This document shows positions 36,670-47,310 of a stretch of DNA of 64,000 nucleotides, piece after piece. The stretch lies in assembly GCA_963719235.1 (NCBI GenBank), contig CAVRBS010000013.1:71708-135707 (forward strand), given 5' to 3'. The position numbers and the translations under genes are program-made. The stretch comes from an uncultured Bacteroidales bacterium. GTDB lineage: Bacteria; Bacteroidota; Bacteroidia; Bacteroidales; VadinHA17. Position 1 is the first letter of the stretch. Each line of letters begins with the position of its first letter. The notes under the pieces were generated by a model. It saw only the letters and a program-made list of their open reading frames with translations. It had not been told where the DNA came from and did not search any database.

Positions 36670-37521
36670 TTAATAGACTTTCAGGGTATTGTTCCTGACT
36701 GCCTCGTTATAAATACCGTCTTCAAGTTTCTGCAGGAAGTCATTCCTGCGGTTGTTAAGTATAATCGTCTTTACCTGTCCGTGAATGTATTCGAACGGGG
36801 CTATACTGTTTCTCAATTTGTACTCTCTTATAGCAACAAAATATGAGTATTTGTCATCCTTCAGCTCAACTGCGCTGTTCCTTGCCAGCCATTCCTCCTG
36901 GTTTTCAAATTCAAGAGGCACTTCCATCAGGAGGTGGGTGAACGGTATCCAGGCATCATCATAGTCATCATATCTCAGGGCGAACTGCGAACAGTAATCC
37001 TCCAGCTCCCTTAGCTCCTCCGGAATGGATGATTTATACAGTTTTCTTACTTTCCCGATGTCCGGGGTGGTTGCCGGCAGCTTGATGAACAGCGCCTTTA
37101 CAAGATTAGTCGTCAGCGAGAAGGTGTTCAGATTACTAACATAGTAGTCCTGCAGCTCACTGTCTGTAACTACTGTGTCCATCTTCTGGATGATCATCTG
37201 CTGCTGGTACTGGTAAATAAGAAGGTTGTTTCTCATTTCGTCCAGCTGCCTGTTCACTTCGTCCTTGTATTCTGCTGTCAGGTTCTCTTCAGCTCTCAGT
37301 GCCATCAGCTCCTTGCGTGACCAGCGGCGGATATAGCTTTGCACTGCCGAAGTACTGTCTGTCTCGCTCATCCCCGGCACCACAAGTGTTGAAGGTATCT
37401 GGTCAAAATAGAGTACCCTTTCGCCGGCCTTGGCAACGGCCATGCGGTCAGAATCATTTTTAACCCTGTTGCATGAGACTGCCAGGACAAGAACCAAAAG
37501 TATTGATGCTGTTCGTATCAT
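36670..37521 (-). CDS. Hypothetical lipoprotein (possibly a SurA-N-like chaperone)
   Basis: 283 aa with an AVSC lipobox. Confidence 0.45.
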   Translation of the reverse strand: MIRTASILLVLVLAVSCNRVKNDSDRMAVAKAGERVLYFDQIPSTLVVPGMSETDSTSAVQSYIRRWSRKELMALRAEENLTAEYKDEVNRQLDEMRNNLLIYQYQQQMIIQKMDTVVTDSELQDYYVSNLNTFSLTTNLVKALFIKLPATTPDIGKVRKLYKSSIPEELRELEDYCSQFALRYDDYDDAWIPFTHLLMEVPLEFENQEEWLARNSAVELKDDKYSYFVAIREYKLRNSIAPFEYIHGQVKTIILNNRRNDFLQKLEDGIYNEAVRNNTLKVY

Positions 37522-39011
37522 CAGTATTCGTTAATCTTCCGGCTGTAGTTAGGTGCTTCACGGGTGATGGTCACGTCATGCGGATGGCTTTCCGTCACAC
37601 CGGCGCTGGTTACTCTCACAAACCGGCCTTCTCTCTTAAGTGTCGGAATATCACGTGCACCGCAGTAACCCATTCCCGAGCGCAGCCCCCCGAGGAACTG
37701 GTAGATAACCTCGTTCAGGGTACCTTTGTACGGTACACGTGCAGTAATGCCTTCAGGAACAAGCTTGTGAATATCATCCTCCATATCCTGGAAGTATCTG
37801 TCTTTGGATCCCAGCTGCATAGCCTCCACAGAGCCCATGCCACGGTATGTCTTGAACTTACGTCCGTTATATATAATAGTCTCACCGGGAGATTCTTCCA
37901 CCCCTGCGAATAGCGAACCTGCCATGATGCTGTCAGCGCCTGCAGCCAGCGCTTTAACTATATCGCCTGAATAACGTATGCCGCCATCAGCTATAACCGG
38001 AACGCCGGAGCCGTCGATAGCCCTGGCCACGTTATAGATGGCTGACAGCTGCGGCACTCCGACGCCTGCTACCACCCTGGTGGTGCATATTGAACCGGGA
38101 CCGATTCCTACCTTGACGGCGTCTGCGCCCTCGTCAACAAGCATCTTTGCAGCATCGGCGGTACCAATGTTACCTGCTACAATCTCTGTTCCAGGGAAGA
38201 TCTTCTTTATGTCCCTGAGTATGTCAATCACACTCTTTGTATGACCGTGTGCAGTGTCAATGGCAATGGCATCAACACCTGCCCCGACAAGAGCCTCGAC
38301 CCTTGACAGGGTGTTGGGGGCTATGCCTACGGCAGCTGCAACCCTGAGACGGCCTTTATCGTCCTTGCAGGCATAGGGCCTGTCTTTTGCCTTCGTGATG
38401 TCCTTGTATGTCACCAATCCCTTAAGCCTTCCCTTATCATCAACTATAGGCAGTTTTTCAATCTTGTACTTCTGAAGTACCTCCGCCGCAGCCGCCAGAT
38501 CAGTCGAGTGACTGAGGGTGATAAGCCGCGACTGTGGCGTCATGATCTCGCTGATCCGGCGCGAATAGTCTGTCTCAAAGCGAAGATCCCTGTTGGTAAC
38601 AATACCCACCAGGGCACCATCGTCACTGATGACAGGTATACCTCCGATCTTGAACTCCTTCATCAGCGCCAGTGCATCGGCGACAGTGGCATTGTCGTTA
38701 ATAGTCACCGGATCAAAGATCATCACGCTCTCGGCACGCTTGACCTTTCTCACCATGGCAGCCTGCTGTCCTATTGACATGTTCTTGTGTATCACGCCTA
38801 TACCTCCCTCACGGGCAATTGCGATAGCGAGCTCGGCATCAGTTACCGTGTCCATGGCTGCCGAGACAATGGGCGTATTGATAATGACGTTACGCGTGAA
38901 CTTCGATCTCAGATCAACATCACGCGGGAGCACCTCCGAATAAGCCGGAAGAAGCAGTACGTCATCGAAGGTCAGGCCTTCAAACAGTAGTTTATCTTCA
39001 GAGAATGACAT
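37521..39011 (-). CDS. guaB: IMP dehydrogenase
   Basis: 496 aa with CBS pair domains and the catalytic loop [11 protein letters not shown]. Confidence 0.95.
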   Translation of the reverse strand: MSFSEDKLLFEGLTFDDVLLLPAYSEVLPRDVDLRSKFTRNVIINTPIVSAAMDTVTDAELAIAIAREGGIGVIHKNMSIGQQAAMVRKVKRAESVMIFDPVTINDNATVADALALMKEFKIGGIPVISDDGALVGIVTNRDLRFETDYSRRISEIMTPQSRLITLSHSTDLAAAAEVLQKYKIEKLPIVDDKGRLKGLVTYKDITKAKDRPYACKDDKGRLRVAAAVGIAPNTLSRVEALVGAGVDAIAIDTAHGHTKSVIDILRDIKKIFPGTEIVAGNIGTADAAKMLVDEGADAVKVGIGPGSICTTRVVAGVGVPQLSAIYNVARAIDGSGVPVIADGGIRYSGDIVKALAAGADSIMAGSLFAGVEESPGETIIYNGRKFKTYRGMGSVEAMQLGSKDRYFQDMEDDIHKLVPEGITARVPYKGTLNEVIYQFLGGLRSGMGYCGARDIPTLKREGRFVRVTSAGVTESHPHDVTITREAPNYSRKINEY

Positions 39012-39137
39012 CGGGCAGGATTTTATTTGGGGCGAAAATTACAAAAAAATGATGAGCACCGGCACATCTTAAATGTCAATAAAACGTTAAAAATGAGATT
39101 GAGTTATTATTTTTGTAAATAAGCAGCCTGCAACACA

Positions 39138-41048
39138 ATGTTACCGGACATTTACAGGGAGACACTGGCCCGTTACTGGGGCTTCACATCATTCAGGCCA
39201 CTGCAGGAGGAGATCATCGATGCTGTGGTGTCAGGAAATGATGTCGTTGCCCTTCTTCCTACCGGAGGCGGCAAGTCGGTGACATACCAGATCCCGGCTG
39301 TAGCCCGCGAAGGGCTTTGCCTGGTGATCACCCCGCTGATAGCCCTGATGAAGGACCAGGTCACCAGGCTTAAGTCAATTAATATCAAGGCTATGGCGAT
39401 CCACAGCGGGATGACCCGCGAGGAGGTCGAAATATCACTCGACAACTGCCTCTATGGTGACTACAGGCTCCTTTATGTCAGCCCCGAGAGGCTGCAGACA
39501 CCGGTCTTCAGGGCACGCCTGCCCCGCTTCAACTTTACCCTTGTAGCCGTCGATGAAGCTCATTGCATATCACAGTGGGGTTATGACTTCCGGCCTTCGT
39601 ACCTCCATATAGCCGAGATACGTGATATCATTGGCAGGGAGGTGCCGCTCCTGGCTCTCACGGCAACGGCAACACCTGAGGTGGTAAAGGATATCATCGC
39701 CCGGCTCAGCCTGAAGAATGCCCGGGTACTGCAGGCAAGCTTCAGAAGGTCCAATATCACCTATGTGGTCAGGGAGGTCGAAGACAAAAGCGCTTACGTC
39801 ATCCGGAGCCTTAAAAAGGAAGGCGGAAGCGGAATAATATATGTCAACAGCAGAAAGAGATCCAAAACGGTAGCTGAAATGCTTATCGCCAATGATATCG
39901 GGGCAGACTTCTACCACGCCGGCCTGCCTCAGGAGATGCGCGACAGGAAACAAAATGCATGGACCACCGGTGAGGTGCGCATCATTGTCGCTACCAACGC
40001 CTTCGGCATGGGGATAGATAAGGCTGACGTCAGATTTGTGATTCACTGGGACTGCCCTGACTCAATAGAGGCTTATTACCAGGAGTCAGGCAGGGCAGGA
40101 CGGGATGGCAAACCTGCTTTCGCGGTTCTGTTATGGTCACAGGACGAGAAGAAAAGACTGGCTGACTCCGTTCATATAAAATTCCCGCCGATAGACCGGA
40201 TCAAGGATGTATATGAGGCAATAGGCAACTTCTACCAGCTGCCTGTAGGTTCGGGCAAGAACAGCGTGCACGATTTTGACCTGTGGAAATTCGTTACCGC
40301 CTTCAGATTCTCGGTGACGGAGACCTACAACAGCCTTAACTTCCTGCAGAAGGAAGGATACCTTGAATTCACTGACGAGATTAACAACCCTTCAAGAGTA
40401 CATTTCGTTTTCAGCCGCGATGACCTGTATAAATTCCAGGTGGCTAACGAAGAATATGACAGATTCATCAAGCTCCTGCTAAGAACATACAGCGGCATGT
40501 TCTCTGAATTTGTTCCTATCAACGAGGAAACTCTGGCAAGCAGATCGGGACTGACACGCGAGGCAATCTACCAGTATTTGCTGAGACTGACTTCCCAGGG
40601 TATAATTCACTTTATCCCGGGCAAGAAAAGCCCCCTGGTGATCTTTACGGAAGAAAGGCTTGACAGAAGCCACCTGACAATATCACCCGACGTCTATCTG
40701 CGGGTCAGAGAGAACTACATTGAAAGGGTAGCAAAAATAACCGAGTATGCTGATAACACTACACGCTGCCGGTCTGCTTTCCTCACCAACTACTTCGGTG
40801 AAGAAAACGGCCGTTGCGGTATGTGTGATACATGCCAGGAGAGAAATGAACTGGAACTCAGCAAGTATGAGTTCGACCTTATAATAGACCGGATAAAGGA
40901 ACTGCTCGCAGACAGTACCATGAGGCCTGAGGATCTTGCGGCCGCGATGGATCTCCCGGCAGAGAAAAGCACAAAGGTGATCCGCTGGCTTCTTGACCAT
41001 GAGAAGCTGCTTTATGACGATACCCATAAACTTTTATGGAAGCGGTGA
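39138..41048 (+). CDS. recQ: ATP-dependent DNA helicase RecQ
   Basis: 636 aa with TGGGKS, DEAHCISQWGYDFRP, a zinc-binding region and a C-terminal HRDC-like domain. Confidence 0.9.
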   Translation: MLPDIYRETLARYWGFTSFRPLQEEIIDAVVSGNDVVALLPTGGGKSVTYQIPAVAREGLCLVITPLIALMKDQVTRLKSINIKAMAIHSGMTREEVEISLDNCLYGDYRLLYVSPERLQTPVFRARLPRFNFTLVAVDEAHCISQWGYDFRPSYLHIAEIRDIIGREVPLLALTATATPEVVKDIIARLSLKNARVLQASFRRSNITYVVREVEDKSAYVIRSLKKEGGSGIIYVNSRKRSKTVAEMLIANDIGADFYHAGLPQEMRDRKQNAWTTGEVRIIVATNAFGMGIDKADVRFVIHWDCPDSIEAYYQESGRAGRDGKPAFAVLLWSQDEKKRLADSVHIKFPPIDRIKDVYEAIGNFYQLPVGSGKNSVHDFDLWKFVTAFRFSVTETYNSLNFLQKEGYLEFTDEINNPSRVHFVFSRDDLYKFQVANEEYDRFIKLLLRTYSGMFSEFVPINEETLASRSGLTREAIYQYLLRLTSQGIIHFIPGKKSPLVIFTEERLDRSHLTISPDVYLRVRENYIERVAKITEYADNTTRCRSAFLTNYFGEENGRCGMCDTCQERNELELSKYEFDLIIDRIKELLADSTMRPEDLAAAMDLPAEKSTKVIRWLLDHEKLLYDDTHKLLWKR

Positions 41049-41120
41049 CAAAGCTTCTTTTATGAATCCGGATGCATTTTTAAACTTGAAATGAATACTT
41101 TTGTCGATTATTTGTAAAAG

Positions 41121-41681
41121 ATGGAACAAGAGGAGAAGATGATTTTTTCCCGCCAGGTGGTTGAGTATGCAGCTTCAGCTAATGAATTCTGCAAATACAT
41201 TGAGGGAATCAAGGAAACAAAAGGTATTGAAATACTGAAGGTCATGCAGCGACTGCTGCCTTTCATATATCTCAGGGCGTCACTGTTGCCTCTTCTTGAA
41301 CCCGTTCTTGAAGATGGAAATGAAAAGACGGTGACCGAGTTCGACTGGACACGCGTACATGATACCCTGCTTGCCAGGATAGGTAACGATGATCCTTTTC
41401 CGGTCATAGTGGATATAGGTGACCCCGCTGACGGTCTATATACAGGGAGCATTGCCGAGAGCCTTGCAGATATTTACCAGGACCTGAAGAACTTTATAGT
41501 CAGCTATAAGAGCGGGAACGAAGAGGTGATGAATGACGCTGTCTGGGAGACGCTTATGAATTTTGAAGAATTCTGGGGAAAGAAAATGCTTAATGTCCTT
41601 GTCGCCATTCATACCGTGCTCTACTCGGTAGACGATGAAAAAGACACAAACCAACCTTCAGGCAATGACAAGACAGTTTGA
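41121..41681 (+). CDS. DUF5063-like hypothetical protein
   Basis: 186 aa. Assigned from recollection of the family pattern only. Confidence 0.4.
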   Translation: MEQEEKMIFSRQVVEYAASANEFCKYIEGIKETKGIEILKVMQRLLPFIYLRASLLPLLEPVLEDGNEKTVTEFDWTRVHDTLLARIGNDDPFPVIVDIGDPADGLYTGSIAESLADIYQDLKNFIVSYKSGNEEVMNDAVWETLMNFEEFWGKKMLNVLVAIHTVLYSVDDEKDTNQPSGNDKTV

Positions 41682-42252
41682 TGAGAGTGTCAACGATGAG
41701 GACCTGAAGAAGCTTCCTGTGATGCAGTTTGAAGGCCGCGTAAGGCTGATTGACAACATGCAGAAGTTCCGCCATGCCATGAATGAGATCAGCCGGTGCA
41801 AAATACTCGGATTCGATACGGAGACAAGACCGTCATTTAAAAAAGGCCAAAGGCATAAGGTTTCTCTCCTTCAGCTGGCAGACGATCAGGATGCCTGGCT
41901 CTTCAGGCTGAATATGATTGGATTGCCGCCGGAACTCGCTGCCCTGCTGTCAAGTCCGGATATTATAAAGGTTGGAGTGGCTGTTCATGATGATATCAAA
42001 GCCCTGAGACACCTTGAGCCATTTGAACCCGGCGGGTTCGTCGATCTGCAGACTGTGGTTGCCGCCCATGGGATAAAACAGCTGGGACTGAAAAGGCTGT
42101 CGGCTATTGTTCTTGGTTTCTCAATCTCCAAGTCACAGCAGACATCGAACTGGGAAGCACCCGGACTGACGCCGCCCCAGCAGGTATACGCTGCCACTGA
42201 CGCATGGGTTTGCCGGCGCATATACCTGCAGCTCAACGGAAAAGGAAGATAA
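41635..42252 (+). CDS. 3'-5' exonuclease (RNase D/DnaQ-like domain)
   Basis: Contains GFDTETRP (ExoI), VHDDIKAL (ExoII) and YAATDAW (ExoIII). Confidence 0.75.
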   Translation: MKKTQTNLQAMTRQFDESVNDEDLKKLPVMQFEGRVRLIDNMQKFRHAMNEISRCKILGFDTETRPSFKKGQRHKVSLLQLADDQDAWLFRLNMIGLPPELAALLSSPDIIKVGVAVHDDIKALRHLEPFEPGGFVDLQTVVAAHGIKQLGLKRLSAIVLGFSISKSQQTSNWEAPGLTPPQQVYAATDAWVCRRIYLQLNGKGR

Positions 42253-42265
42253 CAAATCAAAGCAA

Positions 42266-43453
42266 TTGACAACAGCCCGTATAACCCTCAAAAAGGGTAA
42301 GGACCAGTCGGTAAGACGATACCATCCGTGGATCTTTTCCGGTGCAATAGCAACCATTACAGGTTCGCCTGCCGAAGGTGATGTGGTGGAGGTATCCGCT
42401 TCTGACGGAACCTATCTTGCCACGGGACACTGGGCACCGGGCTCGATAGCCGTGCGCATCTTCTCGTTTATCCAGTGTGATATTAACTCAGAGTTCTTCA
42501 GGAAGAAGATAGGCGATGCCTACAGTTACAGGCTGAATGCAGGTATTGCCGGAAAGAGTGACACGAACGTCTGGAGGCTGGTGCATGGCGAAGGCGACGG
42601 CCTGCCGGGCCTTATCATTGATATCTACGGCAGCGTGGCGGTAATGCAGGCCCATACTGCAGGCTTCTGGCACATACGTGTGATGATTGCAGAGCTCGTC
42701 ATGGACGTGCTCAAAGGCTCTGTGACATCCGTCTATGACAAGAGCGAAGGAACCGTGCCATTCATGGCTAAACTGGGCGCTGTTAACAGGTATCTCGCAG
42801 GTGAAGATGCCGGCAGCAGCGCCATCGTTACCGAAAACGGCTTCAGATTCAGAATTAACTGGGAGACAGGCCAGAAGACCGGGTTCTTTATCGACCAGCG
42901 CGACAGCAGAAGCCTGTTGAGAAACTACAGCGATGGACGGAAGGTACTCAATATGTTCGGGTATACAGGAGGTTTTTCTGTCTATGCCATGGCCAATGCT
43001 GCCCTGGTGCACACCGTTGACAGCTCATCAGCGGCCACAGCGCTGGCAGATGAAAACATCAGCATGAACTACGGCGCTGACGACCGCCATAAAACATTCA
43101 CTGCTGACGCCTTCAGCTACCTGGCTGAGATGAAGCGGGAATATGATATGATAGTACTCGATCCTCCTGCCTTCGCCAAGCATCAGACTGCCCTTGACAA
43201 AGCCCTGCAAGGCTACAGGAGGCTGAATGCGATAGCTATTGAGAAGATAAAACCGGGCGGCATAATATTCACTTTCTCCTGCTCGCAGGTGGTCAGCCGA
43301 GACGACTTCCGGCGGTCAGTTTTCGTTGCTGCTGCAAATACCGGACGCAATGTGAGGATCCTGCATCAGACAGGACAGCCGCCTGATCATCCCGTAAATA
43401 TTTATCATCCGGAAAGTGAATATCTCAAGGGGCTGGTTCTGTACATTGAATAG
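42266..43453 (+). CDS. Class I SAM-dependent rRNA methyltransferase (RlmI-like, PUA plus methyltransferase)
   Basis: 395 aa with a PUA-like N-terminus and a VLDPPAF motif. Confidence 0.75.
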   Translation: MTTARITLKKGKDQSVRRYHPWIFSGAIATITGSPAEGDVVEVSASDGTYLATGHWAPGSIAVRIFSFIQCDINSEFFRKKIGDAYSYRLNAGIAGKSDTNVWRLVHGEGDGLPGLIIDIYGSVAVMQAHTAGFWHIRVMIAELVMDVLKGSVTSVYDKSEGTVPFMAKLGAVNRYLAGEDAGSSAIVTENGFRFRINWETGQKTGFFIDQRDSRSLLRNYSDGRKVLNMFGYTGGFSVYAMANAALVHTVDSSSAATALADENISMNYGADDRHKTFTADAFSYLAEMKREYDMIVLDPPAFAKHQTALDKALQGYRRLNAIAIEKIKPGGIIFTFSCSQVVSRDDFRRSVFVAAANTGRNVRILHQTGQPPDHPVNIYHPESEYLKGLVLYIE

Positions 43454-43458
43454 TTGAA

Positions 43459-45606
43459 ATGGATCCGACAACAAACATAAAGATCATTGCACAAAAACTT
43501 CACCTGCACGACTGGCAGGTTGAGAACACGTTAAGGCTTCTTGACGACGGCGCTACCATACCGTTTATAAGCCGTTACCGCAAGGAGATCACCGGTAGCC
43601 TGAACGAAGTGCAGCTCGCTGATATTCGTGACGAATATGAGCGGCTCAAAGAACTCGATAAACGGAAAGAGGCTGTCATAAAATCAATTGAAGAGCAGGA
43701 TAAGATGACGCCGGAGCTGCTCTCCAGAATCAATGATGCCCTGACACTGTCGCAGCTCGAGGATCTGTACCTGCCCTACAGGCCAAAGAGAAGGACGAGA
43801 GCTTCTGTTGCGCGTGAGAAAGGCCTTGAACCGCTTGCCCTGTGGCTGCTTGAACAGATGGCCGGAGCACCTGAGGATGAGGCAGAGAAGTATCTCACCG
43901 GGGATGTGGCGAGTATTGAGGATGCTCTTGCAGGCGCACGTGATATTATCGCGGAAAAAGTTAGCGAGAATGAGCAGGTACGCGGGAATCTGAGGATACT
44001 GTATGAACGCGAGGCTGTCATATCATCCAAAGTAATAAAAGGAAAAGAGGAGGAGGGCAACAAGTTCAGCGATTATTTTGAGTGGTCAGAACCTCTTCGC
44101 CGATGCCCTTCCCACAGGCTGCTCGCCATGCGCCGCGGTGAGGAGGAGGGGTTCCTCAAGCTCTCCGTCATGCCCCGTGAGGAAGAAGCTCTGCAGCTGG
44201 CGGAGAAGCATTTTATAAAGGCTAATAATGCCGCAGCAGCAGAGGTGCGGGAGGCTGTCAAAGACAGCTGGAGCCGCCTGCTGGCGCCGTCAATGGAGAC
44301 GGAGTTCAGAAAGGTTTCAAAGGAAAAGGCCGACGAGGAAGCCATACGGGTCTTCGCCGATAACCTGAGGCAGCTGCTGCTGTCCGCACCTCTCGGCGAG
44401 AAAAACGTTATGGGTATCGATCCCGGTTACCGCACCGGATGCAAAATAGTGTGCCTCGACAGGCAGGGCGCTTTGCTGCATAATGATGTGATATACCCGC
44501 ATCCGCCGCAGAATGAAACTGCCAGAAGCGTCAGCAAACTGCTGTCTCTGACGGATAAATTTGGTATCGAAGCTATCGCTATAGGTAACGGCACTGCAAG
44601 CCGTGATACTGAGGAGTTTGTGAAACAGTATCTTTCCTCGCATGGTGGCATAAAAGTGTACGTGGTAAGCGAGGCCGGCGCTTCAATATATTCAGCATCA
44701 AAGACAGCCCGCGATGAGTTTCCGGACCATGATGTGACTGTCCGGGGAGCCGTCTCTATCGGACGAAGGCTGATGGATCCGCTGGCCGAACTGGTGAAGA
44801 TAGATCCCCAGTCGATAGGTGTGGGGCAGTACCAGCACGACGTGGACCAGGCAAGACTGCACGCCAGCCTTGACGAGGTAGTCATGTCATGTGTGAACGC
44901 AGTGGGAGTGGAGGTAAATACAGCCAGTCCTCATCTGCTCACTTATGTCTCCGGACTTGGCCCGCGGCTGGCGCAGAACATTGTCGAGTACAGGTCGGAA
45001 AACGGCCCGTTCAGGTCACGCCCGGAACTGATGAAGGTCAAGCGCATGGGCGACAAAGCCTATGAACAGGCTGCCGGATTTCTCAGGATAAGAAATGCCG
45101 TAAATCCCCTCGACGCCTCTGCCGTACATCCTGAAAGCTATCATATTGTGGAGAGGATGGCGGCCGATGCCGGTTGCACAGTCGCTGACCTCATTCATGA
45201 CGAAGCAAAACGCAAATCGATTGTGATAGAGAAGTATATTTCACCTGACGCTGGGCTGCCAACACTCAGGGATATCATGCAGGAACTGGCAAAACCGGGA
45301 CGTGACCCGCGGTCAGCGATACAGGAATTCAGCTTTGCCGATATTCATACCCTCGAGGATGTCAAGGAGGGAATGACAGTGCCTGGAATAGTAACGAATA
45401 TCACCAAGTTCGGTGCCTTCGTTGATATAGGGGTGAAGCAGGACGGCCTCGTGCATGTCTCACAGATGGCTGACAAATATGTCGATGATCCCTCAAAAGT
45501 GGTGAAGCTGCATCAGCATGTCACCGTACGCGTGCTTGGAATTGATCTGCAAAGGAAACGGATACAATTATCCATGAAAGGACTAAAGGAAGGCAATAGA
45601 CAATAG
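43459..45606 (+). CDS. tex: Tex-like transcription accessory protein (YqgF, HhH and S1 domains)
   Basis: 715 aa with IPFISRYRKE and a C-terminal S1 domain (GIVTNITKFGAFVDIG). Confidence 0.9.
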   Translation: MDPTTNIKIIAQKLHLHDWQVENTLRLLDDGATIPFISRYRKEITGSLNEVQLADIRDEYERLKELDKRKEAVIKSIEEQDKMTPELLSRINDALTLSQLEDLYLPYRPKRRTRASVAREKGLEPLALWLLEQMAGAPEDEAEKYLTGDVASIEDALAGARDIIAEKVSENEQVRGNLRILYEREAVISSKVIKGKEEEGNKFSDYFEWSEPLRRCPSHRLLAMRRGEEEGFLKLSVMPREEEALQLAEKHFIKANNAAAAEVREAVKDSWSRLLAPSMETEFRKVSKEKADEEAIRVFADNLRQLLLSAPLGEKNVMGIDPGYRTGCKIVCLDRQGALLHNDVIYPHPPQNETARSVSKLLSLTDKFGIEAIAIGNGTASRDTEEFVKQYLSSHGGIKVYVVSEAGASIYSASKTARDEFPDHDVTVRGAVSIGRRLMDPLAELVKIDPQSIGVGQYQHDVDQARLHASLDEVVMSCVNAVGVEVNTASPHLLTYVSGLGPRLAQNIVEYRSENGPFRSRPELMKVKRMGDKAYEQAAGFLRIRNAVNPLDASAVHPESYHIVERMAADAGCTVADLIHDEAKRKSIVIEKYISPDAGLPTLRDIMQELAKPGRDPRSAIQEFSFADIHTLEDVKEGMTVPGIVTNITKFGAFVDIGVKQDGLVHVSQMADKYVDDPSKVVKLHQHVTVRVLGIDLQRKRIQLSMKGLKEGNRQ

Positions 45607-45644
45607 GCATTAGGCAATAGTGCAAAGCATGAGCATCAAAGAAA

Positions 45645-47214
45645 TCAGAAATCTCTCGGAGATCCCTGCTGTTTAAATTTCATCTCCGGCTTCCGCGGAA
45701 AGCACTCATTAAGCATTGCTGCATTATATGCGAACCAGGCTGTGATAATTGCATTTTGCCTGAGATCAGGCAACAGAAGCCGCTCCCAGGTATCAGTATT
45801 TGTGTGATAACCCCGATCATACTCTATATCATCCTGGATGAACTGGAATCCGGGAAGGCCAACACGCGTCAAAGGCCAGATGATCAGTACCGCCGGCATT
45901 CCGGTTGGTAATAGTCTCAAATTCCATATCCTCGTAAGGTTTCATCCATGCCTCAAACAGGGGGCGGGCAAGTTCGTTTTCCTGCAAGTAAATGCCACGG
46001 TAGCGGCCTGTGCCATAGTCCATATTGAAGTAAACAGAGAACTTATCATATCCGGGTTTCTTCTCTTCAGTCTTTCTGTTGTACAGGTACTTTTCAACAT
46101 AGCCTCCTGATCCATAAAAACCCTGTTCTTCACCTCCCCACAATGCAATGCGTATGGTGCGCCGTGGTTTGATGTCAAGCGATTTAAGTATCCGTATGGC
46201 TTCCATCATGACGATACAGCCTGACGCATTATCAGCAGCTCCAGTGCCTGCATGCCATGAATCAATATGCGCACCCAACAGAACCACCTGGTCTTTAAGC
46301 TTTGGATCAGTGCCGGGTATTTCTGCAATGACATTGTATACCTTCTTACCGCCATAGTATGAGGCGTCAACCTGTACCTCAACTTCCACCTTCTCACCAT
46401 GCTTCAGCAGTCTCTCCATCCGGCCATAAGCCTCCTGCGGGATGCTGATCTGGGACGTAGGAAGTTTCCCTTCCCCTTCATAACGTGATCCTGACGATCC
46501 CGGGATATTGAATGGTCTGCCTTCGCTTACGATCAGGCTGACACCTTCCTCACCCAGGAATGCGGCTATCTTTCTCCTTAACTCATACATTGCCCTCCAG
46601 TCAACAAAGTTCCTGTTCGAAGGGGTACGGTCCCTGTTCTCTGCCTTTGAGAGAGCCTCAAGCTCCTCATCATCATACCTGTCTGCCACCGGTTCATAGC
46701 TGACCTGGTAGGCATTGGCGGATGGGGTCATCACTATCTTCCCGTCAAGCTTGCCTTTATACTGGTCGAAATCTTCATCCTTTTTTATGTCAACGAGCAT
46801 CACCTCACCCCTTATCAGCCCTTCAGTACCGGCAGTCCATGCAACAGGGGTGACAGCAAAATTTACATAATAGGGGACTATCATTGCAGCATAGGCCTTT
46901 GAATACTCCCAGCCGCCGTTGGGAAAGTCCGCAGCCTCCTCAATCCTTACCTCAGACAAACCGTATTTTGCCAGCTGCGCCCTTGCTATTTCGTTGGCAC
47001 GGTCAATGCCGGAAGAGCCTGTGAGTCTCGGACCTGCGAGGTCGGTCATGAGCCAGGCAAGAGTGTCCATGTCTGAATTCTTAAGTCCTTCCTGCCTGAT
47101 CTTGTAGGCCATGCCAAGGTCAACAGCAACGTCCTGGGATACAGCCGGAAAGAGCATTGCAAAAAGAAGAATTATTGTAAGAGCAATGCGTTGAGGGTTT
47201 AATATGTTTTTCAT
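45645..47214 (-). CDS. M28 family metallopeptidase (apparent frameshift near 45830-45920)
   Basis: A signal peptide and [17 protein letters not shown]. The C-terminal GYHTNTDT motif lies in ORF 45645..45920. Confidence 0.8.
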
Positions 47215-47310
47215 ATGGCTTGGTTAGAAGGAATAAATATAGCCATAAACTTTTCTGTCCTGAAGCATTAACATTAATTAACCTTATTTTTGCTCTGAGA
47301 ATAGCATTGA